The notes under the pieces are model-generated. The model saw only the letters and a list, made by a program, of their open reading frames with translations, was not told where the DNA came from and made no database searches. From Eubacterium sp. (GTDB lineage: Bacteria; Bacillota; Clostridia; Lachnospirales; Lachnospiraceae): 57,438 bases of DNA. This document shows, in pieces, positions 55,819 through 57,438 of this stretch. How positions within the stretch are numbered: position 1 is the stretch's first letter; each line of letters opens with the position of its first letter. Position numbers and translations under genes: made by a program. The DNA lies in assembly GCA_016280325.1 (NCBI GenBank), contig JAEEGM010000137.1, positions 1 to 57,438 on the forward strand, given 5' to 3'.

Positions 55819-57438
55819 TTAGCAAATCTCCGATCCTGCCGGAACACTCTTTTCCGGTGTCATCAAGACCACATTTCCTTTCTCGTCCTCCGCGCAAAGA
55901 AGCATTCCCTCCGAGAGAACGCCGGCGAGCTTGGCGGGCTTCAGATTTACTAAAACCATTACCTTTTTGCCGACCATTTCTTCCGGTGAATACCACTTCC
56001 TGATACCGGATACAATCTGAAGCGTTTCGGATCCGACCTGCACCTGCGAGCAAAGCAGTTTTTTCGATTTCTCAACCGCCTCACAGGAGATGATCTCACC
56101 AACCTGGAACTGCATCTTCATAAAGTCGTCATAAGAGATCTCCGGTTTAGGTTCAACGTCTATCACCGCTTCATCCGGGCTGTCCTCAGACGCGCCGACA
56201 CCGGCTGCCGCCTCAAGTGCCAGCACCTTATCCATCACCTCATCCACATCGAGTCTCCGGAAGAGGATCTCCGGTGAATCGGTCACCTTCGTACCGGACT
56301 TGTACTGTCCGAAACCGGCACCCAGCGCATCGATATCGCACGCCTCTCCGTTTATCTGTGCCAGGATCTTCTCCGCTGTCTCCGGCATAAAGGAAGACAA
56401 AAGATTTGCGCTGATCCGGATACCTTCAATCAGATTGTAAAGCACGGTTGCCAAACGATCCTTCTTGGCCTCATCCTTGGCAAGGATCCACGGCTCCGTC
56501 TCATCGATGTATTTGTTGCAACGTTTCAACAGGACAAAGATCTCGCTGATAGCATCGGCTACGCGAAGCTTGTCCATCTTTTCCACAACCTTTTTCGGCG
56601 CTTCCTCAGCCACTTTCCTGAGGTCATCGTCAACCGGCGCTGAGACTCCTTTATTCTCAACCACACCGCCGAAATACTTGTTACTCATCGAGATGGTACG
56701 ATTGACAAGGTTTCCGAGGACGTTTGCCAGATCGGAGTTGTTGCGCTCCACGATCAGCTCCCAGGTGATACTTCCATCGTTATCAAAAGGCATCTCATGG
56801 ATGACAAAATAACGTACGGCATCCACGCCGAAGATGTCAACCAGGTCATCCGCATAGATGACATTTCCCTTGCTCTTACTCATCTTGTCGTTGTTGGTCA
56901 AAAGCCACGGATGTCCGAATACCTGCTTCGGCAGAGGTACATCCAGCGCCATCAGCATGATCGGCCAGTAGATCGTATGGAAACGCAGAATATCCTTTCC
57001 GATCAGGTGGAGATCTGCCGGCCAGTAACGATAGAGTTCACCGTTGTTGCCGTCCACATCATACTCGACACCGGTAATATAGTTGGAAAGCGCGTCGATC
57101 CACACATACACAATGTGGCCCGGGTCGAAGTCTACCGGGATACCCCACTTAAAACTCGTACGAGATACACACAGATCCTGCAGGCCCGGTTTGATAAAGT
57201 TGTTGATCATCTCATTTTTACGCGACTCCGGCTGGATAAACTCCGGATGCTCCTGGATGTGCTTCTCCAGTCTGTCCTGATACTTGGACAGCTTCAGGAA
57301 GTAAGCCTCCTCCTTCGCCGCCTGTACCTCACGACCGCAGTCCGGGCACTTGCCGTCGACCAGCTGCGACTGTGTAAAAAAGGACTCACACGGCGTACAG
57401 TAAAGACCTTCATACTCGCCCTTGTAGATGTCGCCCTG
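55819..57438 (-). CDS. metG: Methionine--tRNA ligase (5' end outside the window)
   Basis: Frame is open to the window edge. Zinc knuckle CTPC...CPDC, YVWIDAL, GKDILRFH, KMSKS and a C-terminal tRNA-binding domain. Confidence 0.97.
   Translation of the reverse strand, partial: QGDIYKGEYEGLYCTPCESFFTQSQLVDGKCPDCGREVQAAKEEAYFLKLSKYQDRLEKHIQEHPEFIQPESRKNEMINNFIKPGLQDLCVSRTSFKWGIPVDFDPGHIVYVWIDALSNYITGVEYDVDGNNGELYRYWPADLHLIGKDILRFHTIYWPIMLMALDVPLPKQVFGHPWLLTNNDKMSKSKGNVIYADDLVDIFGVDAVRYFVIHEMPFDNDGSITWELIVERNNSDLANVLGNLVNRTISMSNKYFGGVVENKGVSAPVDDDLRKVAEEAPKKVVEKMDKLRVADAISEIFVLLKRCNKYIDETEPWILAKDEAKKDRLATVLYNLIEGIRISANLLSSFMPETAEKILAQINGEACDIDALGAGFGQYKSGTKVTDSPEILFRRLDVDEVMDKVLALEAAAGVGASEDSPDEAVIDVEPKPEISYDDFMKMQFQVGEIISCEAVEKSKKLLCSQVQVGSETLQIVSGIRKWYSPEEMVGKKVMVLVNLKPAKLAGVLSEGMLLCAEDEKGNVVLMTPEKSVPAGSEIC

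Overview
This is a chromosomal segment, most likely from a Lachnospiraceae-type anaerobic Firmicute (inferred from gene content, sigma-A promoters and the large SRP RNA). Almost all genes lie on the minus strand. The housekeeping backbone is metG (partial), tatD, rsmA, RsmF-like, yaaO-like, gmk-like, yaaR, holB, yaaT/ricT, yabB-like, glpK, mecA, bioY, trpS, tadA, SRP RNA, murA and a MoxR-DUF58-transglutaminase triad. It is interleaved with many signalling genes: a hybrid kinase/Hpt/receiver/HD-GYP phosphorelay, an MCP and five c-di-GMP enzymes, none with a canonical GG(D/E)EF motif. No transposase, integrase, CRISPR array, tRNA or rRNA was recognised. The most notable unexplained signals are five. 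(1) A dispersed family of intergenic palindromic elements that share GYGYGAR...YTCRCRC ends, tandem GA/GA internal loops, GNA or TT mini-loops and compensatory base changes; a ~210-nt rod-like hairpin shares the loop features. (2) An AT-richer antitoxin-only cassette in which a deletion joins the promoter to the middle of hicA. (3) An orphan sugar-binding lipoprotein coupled to two membrane EAL proteins, a large unknown protein and a MurP-like PTS. (4) The SRP RNA embedded in front of an uncharacterised cNMP-binding/TPR-pseudo-AAA gene pair. (5) A circularly permuted amino-acid-binding protein. All assignments come from reading motifs by eye; no searches or folding programs were run.
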